From: Antedon mediterranea | Lineage: Eukaryota; Animalia; Echinodermata | NCBI RefSeq assembly: GCF_964355755.1 | Contig: NC_092676.1 | Span: 13,410,871-13,474,870, forward strand | Direction: 5' to 3' | Length of the DNA: 64,000 bases | Part shown: in pieces, positions 1 to 13,770 of the stretch | Numbering within the stretch: position 1 is the stretch's first letter | Layout of the letters: the number at the start of each line of letters is the position of its first letter | Translations under genes and position numbers: made by a program | The notes under the pieces: model-generated | Told to the model about the DNA's origin: nothing | The model's database searches: none | The model's input: only the letters and a program-made list of their open reading frames with translations

Positions 1-3000
1 GATTTGACTTACATACATCGATCCCGTATTTACGTACAGACATCGATCCCGTATTTACTTACAGACATCGACCTAGTTTCTACGTACAAACATCGATCCC
101 GATTTAACGTACATACATCGACCCCGATTTTACGTACAAACATCGACCCCGATTTCACTTACATACATCGACCACGATTTTACGTACAGACATCGACCCC
201 GATTTTACGTAAATACATCGACCCGATTTTACGTACAGTCATCGACACAGTTTTTACGTACAGACATCGACCCCGATTTTCCGTACACGCATCGACTCCG
301 ATTTAACGTACAAACATCGATCCCGATTTTATGTATACACATCAACCCCGATTTTACGTACAGACATCGACCCCGATTTTACGTACATACATCGACCCCA
401 AATTGACGTACAGACATCGACCCCGATTTTACGTACAGACATCGACCCCGATTTTACGTACAGACATCGACCTAGTTTTTACGTAAAGACATCGACCCTG
501 ATTTTACATACAGACATCGACCTAGTTTTTACGTACAGACATCGACCCCGTTTTTACATACATATATCGACTCCGTTTTTACGTACAGACATCGACCTAG
601 TTTTTACGTACCGACATCGACCTCAATTATACGTGCAGACATCGACCCCGATTTTACGTACAGACATCGACCTAGCTTTGAACTACAGACATCAACTGCG
701 ATTTTACGTACAGACATTGACCTACCTTTGAACTACAGACATCGACACCGGTTTTACGTACAGACATCGACCCTGATTTTACGTACAGACATCGACCCCG
801 TCTTTACATACAGACATCGATCTTGTTTTTTAAGTACAGAGATCGACCTAGTTTTTACGTACCGACATCGACCCAGTTTTTACATACAGATATCGAATCC
901 GATTTTCCGCACAGACATTGACCCCGATTTCACGTGCAGACACCGACCCCATTTTTACGTACAGGCATCGACCCCGATTTAATGTATAGACATCGACCCC
1001 GATTTTATGTACAGACATCGGCCTAGTTTTTATGTACAGACATCGACCTAGTTTTTAGGTACCGACATCGACCTCAATTTTACGTGCAGACATCGACCCC
1101 GATTTTACGTACAGACATCGACCTAGCTTTGAACTACAGACATCAACTGCCTTTTTACGTAAATATATCGACCCCAATTTTACGTACAGATATCGACCCA
1201 GTTTTTTCGTACAGACATCGACGCCATTTTTACGTACAGACATCGACCCTGATTTTACATACAGAAATGTACCCCGATTTTACGTACAGACATCGACCCC
1301 GATTTTTACGTATAGACATCGACCTTGATTTAACGTACAGACATCGAACCCGTTTTTACGTGCAGAGATCGATCCCGTCTTTACATACAGACATCAACCT
1401 AGTTTTTACGTAAAGACATCGACCCTGATTTTACATACAGACATCGACCTAGTTTTGACGTACAGACATCGATCCCGTTTTTACATACATATATCGACTC
1501 CGTTTTTACGTACAGACATCGACCTAGTTTTTACGTACCGACATCAACCTTGATTTTACGTAGAGACATTGACCCCGATTTTACGTACATACATCGACCT
1601 CGATTTTAGGTACAGACATCGACCCCGATTTTACGTACAGACATCGACCTAGTTTTGACGTACAGACATCGACCCAAATTTCACGATCAGACATCGATCC
1701 CGTATTTACGTACAGATATCGATCTCGTATTTACGTACAGACATCGACCCCGTTTTTACGTAAAGACATTGACCTAGTTTTTATGTACCGACATCGACCA
1801 AGTTTTTACGTACAGAAATCGACCCCGATTTTACGTACAGACATCGAACCCGATTTTACGTACAGACATCGACCCCGATTTTACGTATAGACATCGCCCC
1901 GATTTTACATAAAGTCATCGACCCAGTTTTTACGTACAGACATCGACCTTGATTTTACGTACAGAAATCAACCCCGATTTTACGTACATACATCGACCCC
2001 GATTTTACGTACAGACATCGACCCCGATTTTACGTACAGACATCGACCTAGTTTTTACGCACCGACATCGACCTAGACTTTACATACAGTCAGCGACCCC
2101 GATTTTACATACAGACATTGACCTAGTTTTGACGTACAGATATCGACCCCGTTTTTACGTACAGATATCGACACCGATTTTACGCAAAGACAACGACCCC
2201 GATTTCACGTACAGACATCGACACCGATTTTACGTACAAACATCGACCATGATTTTACATACAGACATCGACCTAGTTTTTACGTACAGACATCGACCCT
2301 GATTTTACATACAGACATCGACCTAGTTTTGACGTACAGACATCGACCCCGTTTTTACATACAGATATCGACTCTGTTTTTACGTACAGACATCGACCTA
2401 GTTTTTACGTACCGACATCGACCTTGACTTTACGTACAGACAGCGACCCCGATTTTACGTACAGCCATCAACCCCGTTTTGACGTACAGACATCGACTTA
2501 ATTTTGACGTACAGACATCGACTTAATTTTGACGTACAGACATTGACCCCGATTTTACGTACAGACATCGACCAAGTTTTTACGTACAGACCTCAACCTC
2601 GATTTTACGTACAGACATCGACCCCGTTTTTACGTACATACCTTGACCCCAATTTAACGTACAGACATCGACCCCGATTTTACGTACAGACATCGACCTA
2701 GTTTTTACGTACAGACATCGACCCCGATTTTACGTACAGACATCGACTCCTCTTTTATGTACAGACATCGACCCTGATTTTCCGTACAGATATCGACCCC
2801 GATTTTACGTACATACATCGACCCCGATTTTACGTACAGACATCGACCTCGATTTTACGTACAGACATCGACCCGATTTTACCTACAGTCATCGACCCAG
2901 TTTTTACGTACAGACATCAACCTCGATTTTACGTACCGACATCGATCAATAATTTACGTACATACATCGACCCCGATTTTACGTACATACATCGATTCCT

Positions 3001-4390
3001 ATTTTACGTACAGAGATCGACCCAGTTTTTACGTATAGACATCGACCCCGATTTTACATTCAGACATCGACCCCGATTTAACGTACATACATCGAACCCG
3101 ATTTTACGTACATACATCGATCCCGATTTTACGGACAGCCATCAACCCCGTTTTTACGTACAGATATCGACCCCGTTTTGACGGACAGAAATCGACCCCG
3201 TTTTGAGGTACAGACATTGACCACGTTTTTACGTTCAGACATCGAACCCGATTTACAGTACAGGCATCGACTCCGATTTAACTTAAAGACAACGACCCCG
3301 AATTCACGAACAGACATCGATCCCGTATTTAGGTACAGACATCGACCCCTATTTTACGTACAGAGATCGACCCAGTTTTTACGTACAGACATCGACCCCG
3401 ATTTTACGTACAGACATCGACCCCGATTTAACGTACATACATCGAACCTGATTTTACGTACATACATCAACCCCGATTTTACGTACAGCCATCAACCTCG
3501 TTTTTGCGTACAGACATTGACCTAGTTTTGACATACAGATATCGACCCCGTTTTGACGTACAGAAATCGACCACGTTTTTACGTACAGACATCGAACCCG
3601 ATTTACCGTACAGGCATCGATTCCGATTTAACGTACAGACATCAACCCCGATTTTATGTACATACATCGACCCCGATTTTACGTACAGACATCGACCTCG
3701 ATTTTACGTATAAACATCGACCCAGTTTTTACGTACAGACATCGTCCTTGTTTTTACGTACAGACATCGACCCTTATTTTACAAACAGACATCGACCTAG
3801 TTTTGACGTACATATATCGACTCCGTTTTTACGTACAGACATCGACCTAGTTGTTACGTACAGACATCGACCCTGATTTTACATACAGACATCGACCCCG
3901 TTTTTACGTACCGACATCGACCTCAATTTTACGTACAGACAGCGACCCCGATTTTACTTACAGACATCGACCTAGTTTTAACGTACAGATATCGACCCCG
4001 TTTTGACGTAAATACATCGACTGCGATTTTACGTAAAGACAACGACCCCGATTTCACGAACAGACATCGACCCCGATTTTACGTACATACATCGACCCCG
4101 ATTTTACGTACAGAGATCGACCCAGTTTTTACGTACAGACATCGACCCCGATTTTACGTACATACATTGACCCCGATTTTACGTACATACATCGACCCCG
4201 ATTTTACGTACAGTCATCGACCAAGTTTTTACGTACAGACATCAACCTCGATTTGACGTACAGACATCGAACCCGATTTTACGTACAGACATCGACCACG
4301 ATTTTACGTACAGACATCGACCCGATTTTACGTACAGCCATCAACCCCGTTTTTACGTACAGACATCGACCCCGTTTTGACAAACAGACG

Positions 4391-4543
4391 TGTCGGTACG
4401 TAAAAACTAGGTCGATGTCTGTACGTAAAAACAGAGTCGATGTCTGTACGTAAAATCGAAGTCGATGTCGGTACGTAAAAACTAGGTCGATGTCTGTACG
4501 TAAAAACAGAGTCGATGTCTGAATGTCAAAACGGGGTCGATGT
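4391..4543 (-). repeat. Inverted patch of ~6 satellite monomers
   Basis: Reverse-complement monomers (GTACGTAAAAACTAGGTCGATGTC) sit inside the forward array. Confidence 0.9.
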
Positions 4544-4762
4544 ACATGAAATCGACACTATTTTGAGGTAAAGACATCGACCACGTTTTTACGTACAGAC
4601 ATCGAACCCGATTTACCGTACAGGCATCGACTTCGATTTAACGTACATTCATCAACCCAGCTTTTACGAAAAGACATCGACCTAGTTTTTACGTACAGAC
4701 ATCGATCCAGATTTTACATACAGACATCGACCCCGTTTTTACGTACCGACATCGACCTCGAT

Positions 4763-7700
4763 GTTTTAATTTTTTTTTGTCTTGTGTGAGTTCATCTCAC
4801 GTTTATTTAAATTCTCATTGGTGAATATATTATATACATATAAGTATATTTGTGACAATTAAAAGTAAGTGTTTAAAGTAGTTAAAATACAGGTATATTT
4901 ACATAATAAGATGCTTGAATTCAGTATTAACCATATTTGTTTTCATTAAAATTTTAGAAAAAAAATGAAAAATGGCGGTAAAATACATGATTAAAATGTT
5001 CTTGTTAAACTATCTTATTTGTGCTCTTATTTGTGTTCGAGTAGAGAGGCTATAAACTCAGGGGAGGAAAATGTAGTATCCTCCCTTTTCACCAAGATAA
5101 AAAGGATGAAATGAAAAAAGAGGAATGCAAAGGTTTGAAAGTTAGATATTTAGAATGATAGCATGCAATAATATATTTATTGAAAACCGTAAGTTTAGAG
5201 TCCATACACTGTGCGAGACACTTCATACCCGAGGTCACCTTGGTACAACTACTACTTACAATTTGTATTTACGATATAAAATATTGCAAATATAGAAAAA
5301 TATATATATTGAACAAATACAAATACATGCAGATAACATTGACATGTTTACAATATGAATATTGCAAATATAGAAAAATATATATATATTAAAAAATAAA
5401 TACCAATAATTACAGATTTCATATAAGTTATTAAAATTGTCTAAAAACATAATCAAGGGTTACATTTAAAATCACTTGAAATAAAAAAGGGCTACACATT
5501 TATATTAAAACTTATACAGCATATGTCACACTAATATAAAATACAATTGTAAAACGTAGGGATGGAGATCTCCAGCACATATATATTTTAATTATTCAAT
5601 AGGTCAAATATCCTGTCTTTACTCTTTTTCCATTTCTGATCAGCAGTATAAAAGTTATACGAATACTCATTATTTATGAGGTTTATAATTTCATTTTTAA
5701 ATAGCCCCCAAATATTTGCAGATTCTTTTTTTTCTGTCGTTTCTAGTTCTTTATATATTATGGAGGATTTATATATACAAAAATTAAAAACTGAAATTAA
5801 TTCGTTTACAAGTTTGTTTGTTGTTCCAAAAATTACATTAACCCACTTTGGGAAGTCTTGCTGTACTGTAACCTCATTTGGAAGACACTGAACCAGCATA
5901 TCTTTTTTTACATAATTATAAGGACTAGATGGTACGCTCGCTTCGCTCGCGTACCATCTAGTTCGTGCCCACAGATGGTTCTCGAATACATAGTAATTTC
6001 AGCGTAAAAAGCTGGCGATTTCAAATGTACGTACGGCAGGACTATAAAACATTGTCGTTTACAGAAACAAATAAGTAGACACAATGATTTATTTAGTCAA
6101 CAAAAATTAACACCTAGAAACTTGTCACAAAAGGAGTCGAAATTTGTTATTTGGACTCATTTAAACAAACCCAATTTTGTTAAATTATTTTTTATATTTC
6201 TTTATTATCCAATCACTAACGAAGTATTTTTTGTATAGGCCTATAAATAATATACCACTAAATAGAGTAAAACATTTCCGATTTAATACTTTATTAAAAC
6301 TTTCACTGCCTCATGGTCGATTGACATAGTAAAGTACATTTAAAGACCACTAATACGTTTATATTTTTGTAATTATTAATTAATACAAACGTTGAGAAAC
6401 AACTGACGGTAATAAAGTATTATATTATTATGTGTTTATAATCTAAAAGTAGGGACTACCCACACTCACAGTGATAAAGTTTATTAGTATATTTGTTTAT
6501 ATTATATCTAACAGTACCAACACACTTTTGATTCAAATGGCGATCAAAAGTGGTTAATACCTATTTGCAGTATTGTATAGCATTACAATACTATTTCTGT
6601 TTATTCTCCAAGGGTCTATAAATTTACCTACTTGTGTTAAACCATGGAGGTATGCAATAATTTGGAATGTTTCATTCATTGCAAATCAATACATTTCTAT
6701 AAACGTATATTAAATCTATCAAAATAGTATTTTGTAAAGAAAATCGGCCTGTCTTCAACATTATGATGCTGTACTCTAGCTGTTCAACCGGTTTTCAGCT
6801 ATTAAAAACAATTATCGTAGGAGGAGATAGGAAAATGCGAAGCCTCCTCGCATTTTTGTGGTGGGTATTTTTCAAGATGGACATCCATTAGACAGTGTAT
6901 ACCACGATCGAAAAACACCCCTATTTGGGGCAAATCGTTGAACCTAAATTCGTTTTAATCGTCAATAACTAATTATCTAACTTAATTTAATTAGGAAATA
7001 GGGTTACATCAGGTGGTTAAAATCAGTACCGAAAGTACGAACCAACTTTATATACCATCGAGTAAAAATTCTAGAAGTAAGGCGCGATTTACCGAATTTT
7101 GCCCTTAAGTAAATTTATATATAGATTCGATGTAACAACTTAAAATGAGCTACTTTTACCATGTGTTTCATTCTACATACTTTTCTATTCCATATTTCAT
7201 TCCAGTCAATAATTTCATCTCTAAATTCTATTTCCCATTTCATTTGAGGATTTGGAATAATACATATACCATTTATAAACTGCTTAAAATCGTAAGACGA
7301 TCTTATCCTATTATGAAATATATTATGTTCTCTAAATTGTATACCTATGCGTGCATTTTCCAACCTCATTTGTTCTTTACATATATCAGGTATTGCATTT
7401 ATTGTTGCAAAGTATTCAATTAATCCATTCTGTTTATTCGACAGAGTTGGAATAATTTCTGCTGCAGTCAATAACCTGTTATTTACGATTATATCATTTA
7501 CTCTTTTGTATCCAGAGTTTAACCAGGTGTTGAAATATAGAGATTTTCCCTCAATTGATGTTATAAATTTGTTTTCCCATAAGTGTTAGTATGCGCTTCA
7601 GTATTTAATTTACTACAATTCGCAGTATAATCAACTAGATGCATATATTAGTTTGGAATACATTTCCAAATACCTGGGTTAGGATTTAACAGTCTATTAA

Positions 7701-9042
7701 CCCAACTCAACTTCAGAGAGTCCACTAAGATATTAAAATTCACCACATTTATACCACCTTTATCTACTGTGTTTATAAGAGTTTTTCCTTTAATTTGTTC
7801 CCTTTTTCCTCCCCACAAAATCTATATAACAATGTATCAACTTTTGGAAAGATATAAGATGGTACATCTATTATACAAGCATTGTATATTAATTTTGAAA
7901 TGGTAAGAGATTTTATTACTGTTACCTTGCCAAAAAACATAAGGTTTCGTTTTTCCCATAGTTTTAGTGTATTCTCTAATTTTAAAACTGTATCATCCCA
8001 ATTTCGTTTAACACAAGTATGTTTATCATACCCTACGTAGATTCCAAGGAATTTCACTGGTTCTTTGGTCCATTTGATATTAAATGGCGATGTCTGTTTG
8101 TTTTTATTTGCTCCAATCCAAATTCCTTTCGATTTACTTTTATTTAACCTTAAACCTGATATTGAACAGAACATTTCAATTTCACACAGAAAATGGTTTA
8201 AACTAATTTCATCCTTTGTAAATATTACACTATCGTCAGCTAGTTGAGCTATTTTAACAATATGATCTTCATTTTCATAAAGCAGACAAAGGACAACCCT
8301 GTCTTACACCACATCTCATATTGAATCTATCAGATATCCAACCATTGTGGGTTACAAGGCATTGTGTATCTGTATATATAGTTTTTACCCAGTTAATAAA
8401 TGACTGTCCAAAACCATATTTTTTCAGACATATAAACATTAAATTTCTATCTATAGAATCAAACGCCTTGGCAAAACCTAGAAAAACTATTGCACCTGGC
8501 TGATTGTTATTTTCTGTATATTACAATACATCTTCTACTAACCTAATATTCTCTCCTCCAAATCTCCCTTTGACATAACCTTTCTGATCATATCCAATTA
8601 TAGATCCAATTACAATTTGCATTCTATTGGAGAGAACATGAGCCATTACTTTATAATCTACATTCAGTAGTGTTATAGGCCTCCAGTTTTCTAGTATTTC
8701 TTTTTGTCCGCCTTTAAACAGTTGATTTATAATACCTAGTCTTTGTGAGCCGCCTAATCTTTTGCTAATAATATAGCAGTTATTCAAAGCGTCACATAAC
8801 ATATCTTTAATATCAACCCAAAAATGTCTATAAAATTCAACACTCAAGCGATCCGAACCTGGACTTTGTTGAGTTTCATTTTTTCTATAGCATTTGTAAG
8901 TTCTTCTGCTGATATTAATCCTTCACATTTCACAGAGTTGTCATAAGAAAGTGTATTTATTTTAGTGTTTCTTACATACTTATTTATCCTACCCTGTGGA
9001 ATTGTTTTACATGCATAAAACTTTTCATAAAAGCTTACTTGT
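4763..9042 (-). mobile_element. 5'-truncated, decayed L1/Tx1-like non-LTR retrotransposon, copy 1, with nested Helitron
   Basis: Minus-strand RT fragments include NWRPITLLNVDYK, DQKGYVKGRF, AKAFDSI, GVRQGCPL, QLADD, SGLRLNKSKS and VKFLGI. AATAAA and an A-rich tail lie near 4763-4810. An 11-bp TSD TCGACCTCGAT is at 4752-4762 and 9043-9053. Many frameshifts. Confidence 0.9.
5925..7125 (-). mobile_element. Non-autonomous Helitron (1201 bp)
   Basis: Absent from LINE copy 2 (empty site TAAGGA|TTCGATG). On the minus strand it starts TCTATATATA and ends in the hairpin CTAGATGGTACGCGAGCGAAGCGAGCGTACCATCTAG. It is inserted between A and T with no TSD. Confidence 0.9.
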
Positions 9043-11947
9043 TCGACCTCGATTTTAAGTACAGACAGTGACCCCAATTTTACTTACAGACATCGACCTA
9101 GTTTTAACGTAAAGATATACACCTCGTTTTGACGTACATACATCGACAGGGATTTTACGTAAAGACAACGACCCCGATTTCACGAACAGACATCGACCCC
9201 GATTTAACGTACATACATCGAACCCGATTTTACGTACAGACATCGACCCCGTTTTGACGTACAGACTTCGACAGCGATTTTACGTAAAGACAACGACCCC
9301 GATTTCACGAACAGACATCGATCCCGTATTTACGTACAGGCATCCACCCCGATTTTACGTACAGACATCGACCCCGATTTTACGTACATACATCGACCAC
9401 TATTTTAAGTACAGAGATCGACCCAGTTTTACGTACAGACATCGACCCCGATTTTACGTACAGACATCGACCCTGATCCTACGTACAGACATCGACCCCG
9501 TTTTTACATAGAGACATCGACTCTGTTTTAACGTACAGACATCGACCTAGTTTTTACGTACCGACATCGACCTCAATTTTACGTAGGGACATCGACCCCG
9601 ATTTTACATACATACATCGACCCCGATTTTACGTACAGACATTGACCTCGATTTTACGTACATGCATCGACCCTGATTTTACGTACAGACATCGACTTCG
9701 ATTTTACGTACATTCATCGACCTAGTTTTGACGTACAGACATCGACACAGATTTTACGCAAAGATATCGACCCCGATTTCACGTACAGACATCGACCACG
9801 ATTTTACTTGCAGACATCAACACAGTTTTTACGTACAGATAGCGACACCGTTTTACGTACCGATTACGACCCCGATTTTACGTACAGAAATCGACCTAGT
9901 TTTTAGGTACAGACATCGACACTGATTTTACGTACAGACATTGACCCCGATTTTACGTACAGACATCGACCTAGTTTTTACATACAGACATCGACCCCGT
10001 TTTTACATACACATATACATCGACCTCGATTTTACGTATAGACATCGAACCCGTTTTTACGTACAGGTATCGACAATGATTTTACGTACAGACATTGACC
10101 TAGTTTTGAACTACAGACATCGACCACGTTTTTACGTACAGACGTTGATCCTAATTTTACGTACAGACATGTATCTCGATTTTACGTACATACATCGACC
10201 ACAAATCAACGTAGAGACATCGACCCCGATTTTACGTACAGACATCGACAATGATTTTACGTACAGACATCGACCCCTATTGTACGTACAGAGATCAACC
10301 CAGTTTTTACGTACAGACATCGACCCCGATTTTACGTACATACATCGACCCCTATTTTACGTACAGAGATCGACCCAGTTTTTACGTACCGACATCGACC
10401 TCAATTTTACGTACAGACATCGACTCCGATTTTACGTACATACATCGACCCCGATTTTACGTACAGACATTGACCTCGATTTTACGTACATGCACCGACC
10501 CTGATTTTACGTACAGACATCGACCTCGATTTTACGTACAGTCATCGACCTAGTTTTGACGTACAGACATCGGCCTAGTTTTTACTTACAGACCTCGACA
10601 TAGTTTTTATGCAATGACAGCAACCCCGACTTTACGTACAGATATGGACCCCGATTTTACGTACAGACATCGACCTAGTTTTGAACTACAGATATCGACC
10701 ACGTTTTTACGTACATACATCGACCCTGATTTTAAGTACAGACATGTACCTCGATTTTACGTACATACATCGACCAAAAATCAACGTAGAGACATCGACC
10801 CCGATTTTACGTACAGACATCGACAATGATTTTACGTACAGACATCGACCTAGTTTTGACCTACATACATCGACCTAGTTTTCACGTACAGACATCTACC
10901 CCGTTTTTACATACAGACATCGATCTAGTTTTTTACGTACAGAGATCGACCTAGTTTTTACGCAAGACATCGACCCCATATTTACGTACAAACGTCGACC
11001 TAGGTTTTACGTACATACATCAACTCCGTTTTTACGTAAAGACATCGACCCCGATTTTACGTACCGAGAGCGACCCCAATTTTACTTACAGACATCAACC
11101 CCGTTTTGAGGTACAGACATCGACACCGATTTTACGCAAAGACAACGATCCCGATTTCACGTACAGACATCGACCCCGATTTTATGTACAGACATCAACC
11201 CCGATTTTACGTGCATACATCGACCCCGATTTTACGTACAGACATTGACCCAGTTTTTACGTACAGACATTGACCCAGTTTTTACGTACAGACATCAACA
11301 CCTTTTTACGTACAGACATCGACCTAGTTTTTACGTACAGACATCGACCTCGATTTTACGTACATACTTTGACCGCTATTTTACGTACAGACATAGACCT
11401 CTTTTTACATACAGACAACGATCCCGATTTTACATACAGACATCGACACCAATTTTACGCAAAGACAACGACCCCGATTTCACGAATAGACATCGATTCC
11501 GATTTTACGTACATACATCGACCCGATTTTACGTACAGTCATCGACCCAGTTTTTACGTATAGACATCGACCTAGTTTCTACGTATAAACATCGACCCCG
11601 ATTTTACGTACATACATCGACCCCGATTTTACGTACAGACATCGACCCCGATTTTACGTACATACATCGACCCCGATTTTACATACATACATCGACTCCT
11701 ATTTTACATACAGACAACGACCCCGATTTTACGTACAGACATCGACCTAGTTTTGACGTACAGATATCTACCCCGTTTTGACGTACAGACATCGACACCA
11801 ATTTTACGCAAAGACAACGACCCCGATTTCACGAATAGACATCGATCCCGTATTTACGTACAGACATCGATCCCGTATTTACTTACAGACATCGACCTAG
11901 TTTCTACGTGCAAATTTGAACCTCGATTTAACGTACTTATATCGATC

Positions 11948-13770
11948 TTATATCGATATCGTACTTATTGTAAATAATACTAATCAAAGTAGGGACCTAC
12001 TTAAATTTAGTTTTGTTAATCAGGAATATATTTATAAACAATTAAACGCACTCGATGTTAGTAAAGCGACAGGCTTAGATGAGCTTCCAGCTAAAATGCT
12101 GAAGTTGGTTATTGATCAAATCGTTGGACCTCTCACTTATTTGGTAAATCTCTCACTCTCAACCAGTACTTTTCCAAAAAGATGGAAATGTGCCAAAATA
12201 TGCCCAGTGTTTAAGGGGGGAGATAGGACTGAAGCTAGCAACTACAGACCCATATCAATTTTACCGATTCTTTCTAAAATTATCGAGAGGGTGGTATTTG
12301 ATCAGGTCTATCAATTTATTAACTCAAAAAATATGATTTATGCTTACCAATCAGGATTTCGTCCTAATTTCTCTACTGTATCTTCATTATTAAACATTAC
12401 AGAAGATTGGATAAATGATATTGATTGTGGGAAGTATATAGGTTTAGTCATGCTTGATCTGAAAAAAGCTTTCGACACGGTAGACCATACCATACTTATA
12501 GACAAGCTTAAATCATTTAACTTAGATGTCTCTATTATAAATTGATTTAAAGACTATCTTTGTGATCGTACGCACTTAACACAAGTAAATGGTGTCCGAT
12601 CAGATAAATGCTATAGTAATTGTGGAATCCCCCAAGGATCAATTTTGGGACCACTCTTATTTATACTTTATGTAAATGATCTACCAAAGCATGTAAATAG
12701 TGTACAGATTAGTATGTATGCAGATGATACAGCTCTTTACTTTGCATCTTCTGATATAAATGAAGTACTTGCAAAAATTAATGAAGATTTTAAAAAAATC
12801 AAATCATGGCTAGCAAGTAACAAGCTTAGTCTAAATGTAAATAAAACTCAGTGTATGTTTATAGGAACACAACAAAGGCTTGCAAAATTAGCAAACATTG
12901 ATCTAAATTTAAACATAGACAATGTTCGGCTACAAAGAGTAAAAAGCTGTAAACATCTAGGTGTTGTTATTGATGAATATTTACTGTGGGATAAACAAAT
13001 AGATAATGTTAAAAGTAAAGTATTGCCAGGCTTGTACTACTTAAAAAAATCTTCAAATCTCGTCCCAAAACATGTATCTTGCTTAATGTATAATAGTATT
13101 ATCTCTCCACAGTTTAACTATTGTAATATTGTGTGGGGCAGATCAAATAAAAAAAATACTAATAAACTACAAATGCTACAAAACAGAGCAGCCAAAATTA
13201 TTACAAAAACAAGGAAATACGACTCAAGTACACAAGCCCTGCAAAACTTAAACTGGATAAATCTTAATACTCAACTACATAATAATGAAGCCAAAATGTT
13301 ATATAAAATATTCCATAATCAAGCACCACCATATCTAAACGAACTATTTACACCCAAACTAGACACATACAATACAAGATCAAAGGATGTATTAAAATTG
13401 AATAAACCCAAAACAGAAAATAAAAAAAAAAGTTTTTCATATCATGGTGCTAGTTTATGGAATACTCTAAAAAAACCAATGCAAAATGCCACAAATTTGA
13501 ATACTTTCAAAAAATTATTGGTGTGATTTATTATTTATTTTGTACTCTTATCACAAATGTAATTAAGGTTTCTGTTCATATATTTTTGTTCTCTAATTTG
13601 TTATTTTTAAAATTTGTTATTTTTAAAATTTGTTATTTTTAAAATTTGTTATTTTTAAATGTGTAATGTACTACTGTTAGTTGATCACGGCCTTGTAGAA
13701 GAACACCTTTATGGTGACACAAGCTTTTCCGTGTTAAAATAAAGTATTTATTATTATTATTATTATTATT
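11948..13770 (+). mobile_element. 5'-truncated CR1/L2-group LINE (RT region and 3' UTR with (TTA)n tail)
   Basis: Motifs NYRPISILP, YQSGFR, DLKKAFDTVDH, GIPQGSILGPLLF and MYADD are present. The frame runs to a stop at 13526 with one premature TGA at 12543-12545. AATAAA then (TTA)n follow. Empty-site paralogues exist in the satellite. Confidence 0.92.

Noticed and set aside
120-145. CENP-B-box resemblance on the minus strand (TACGTAAAATCGGG)
   Set aside because: The spacing is one base short of TTCGnnnnAnnCGGG and the TTCG is mismatched.
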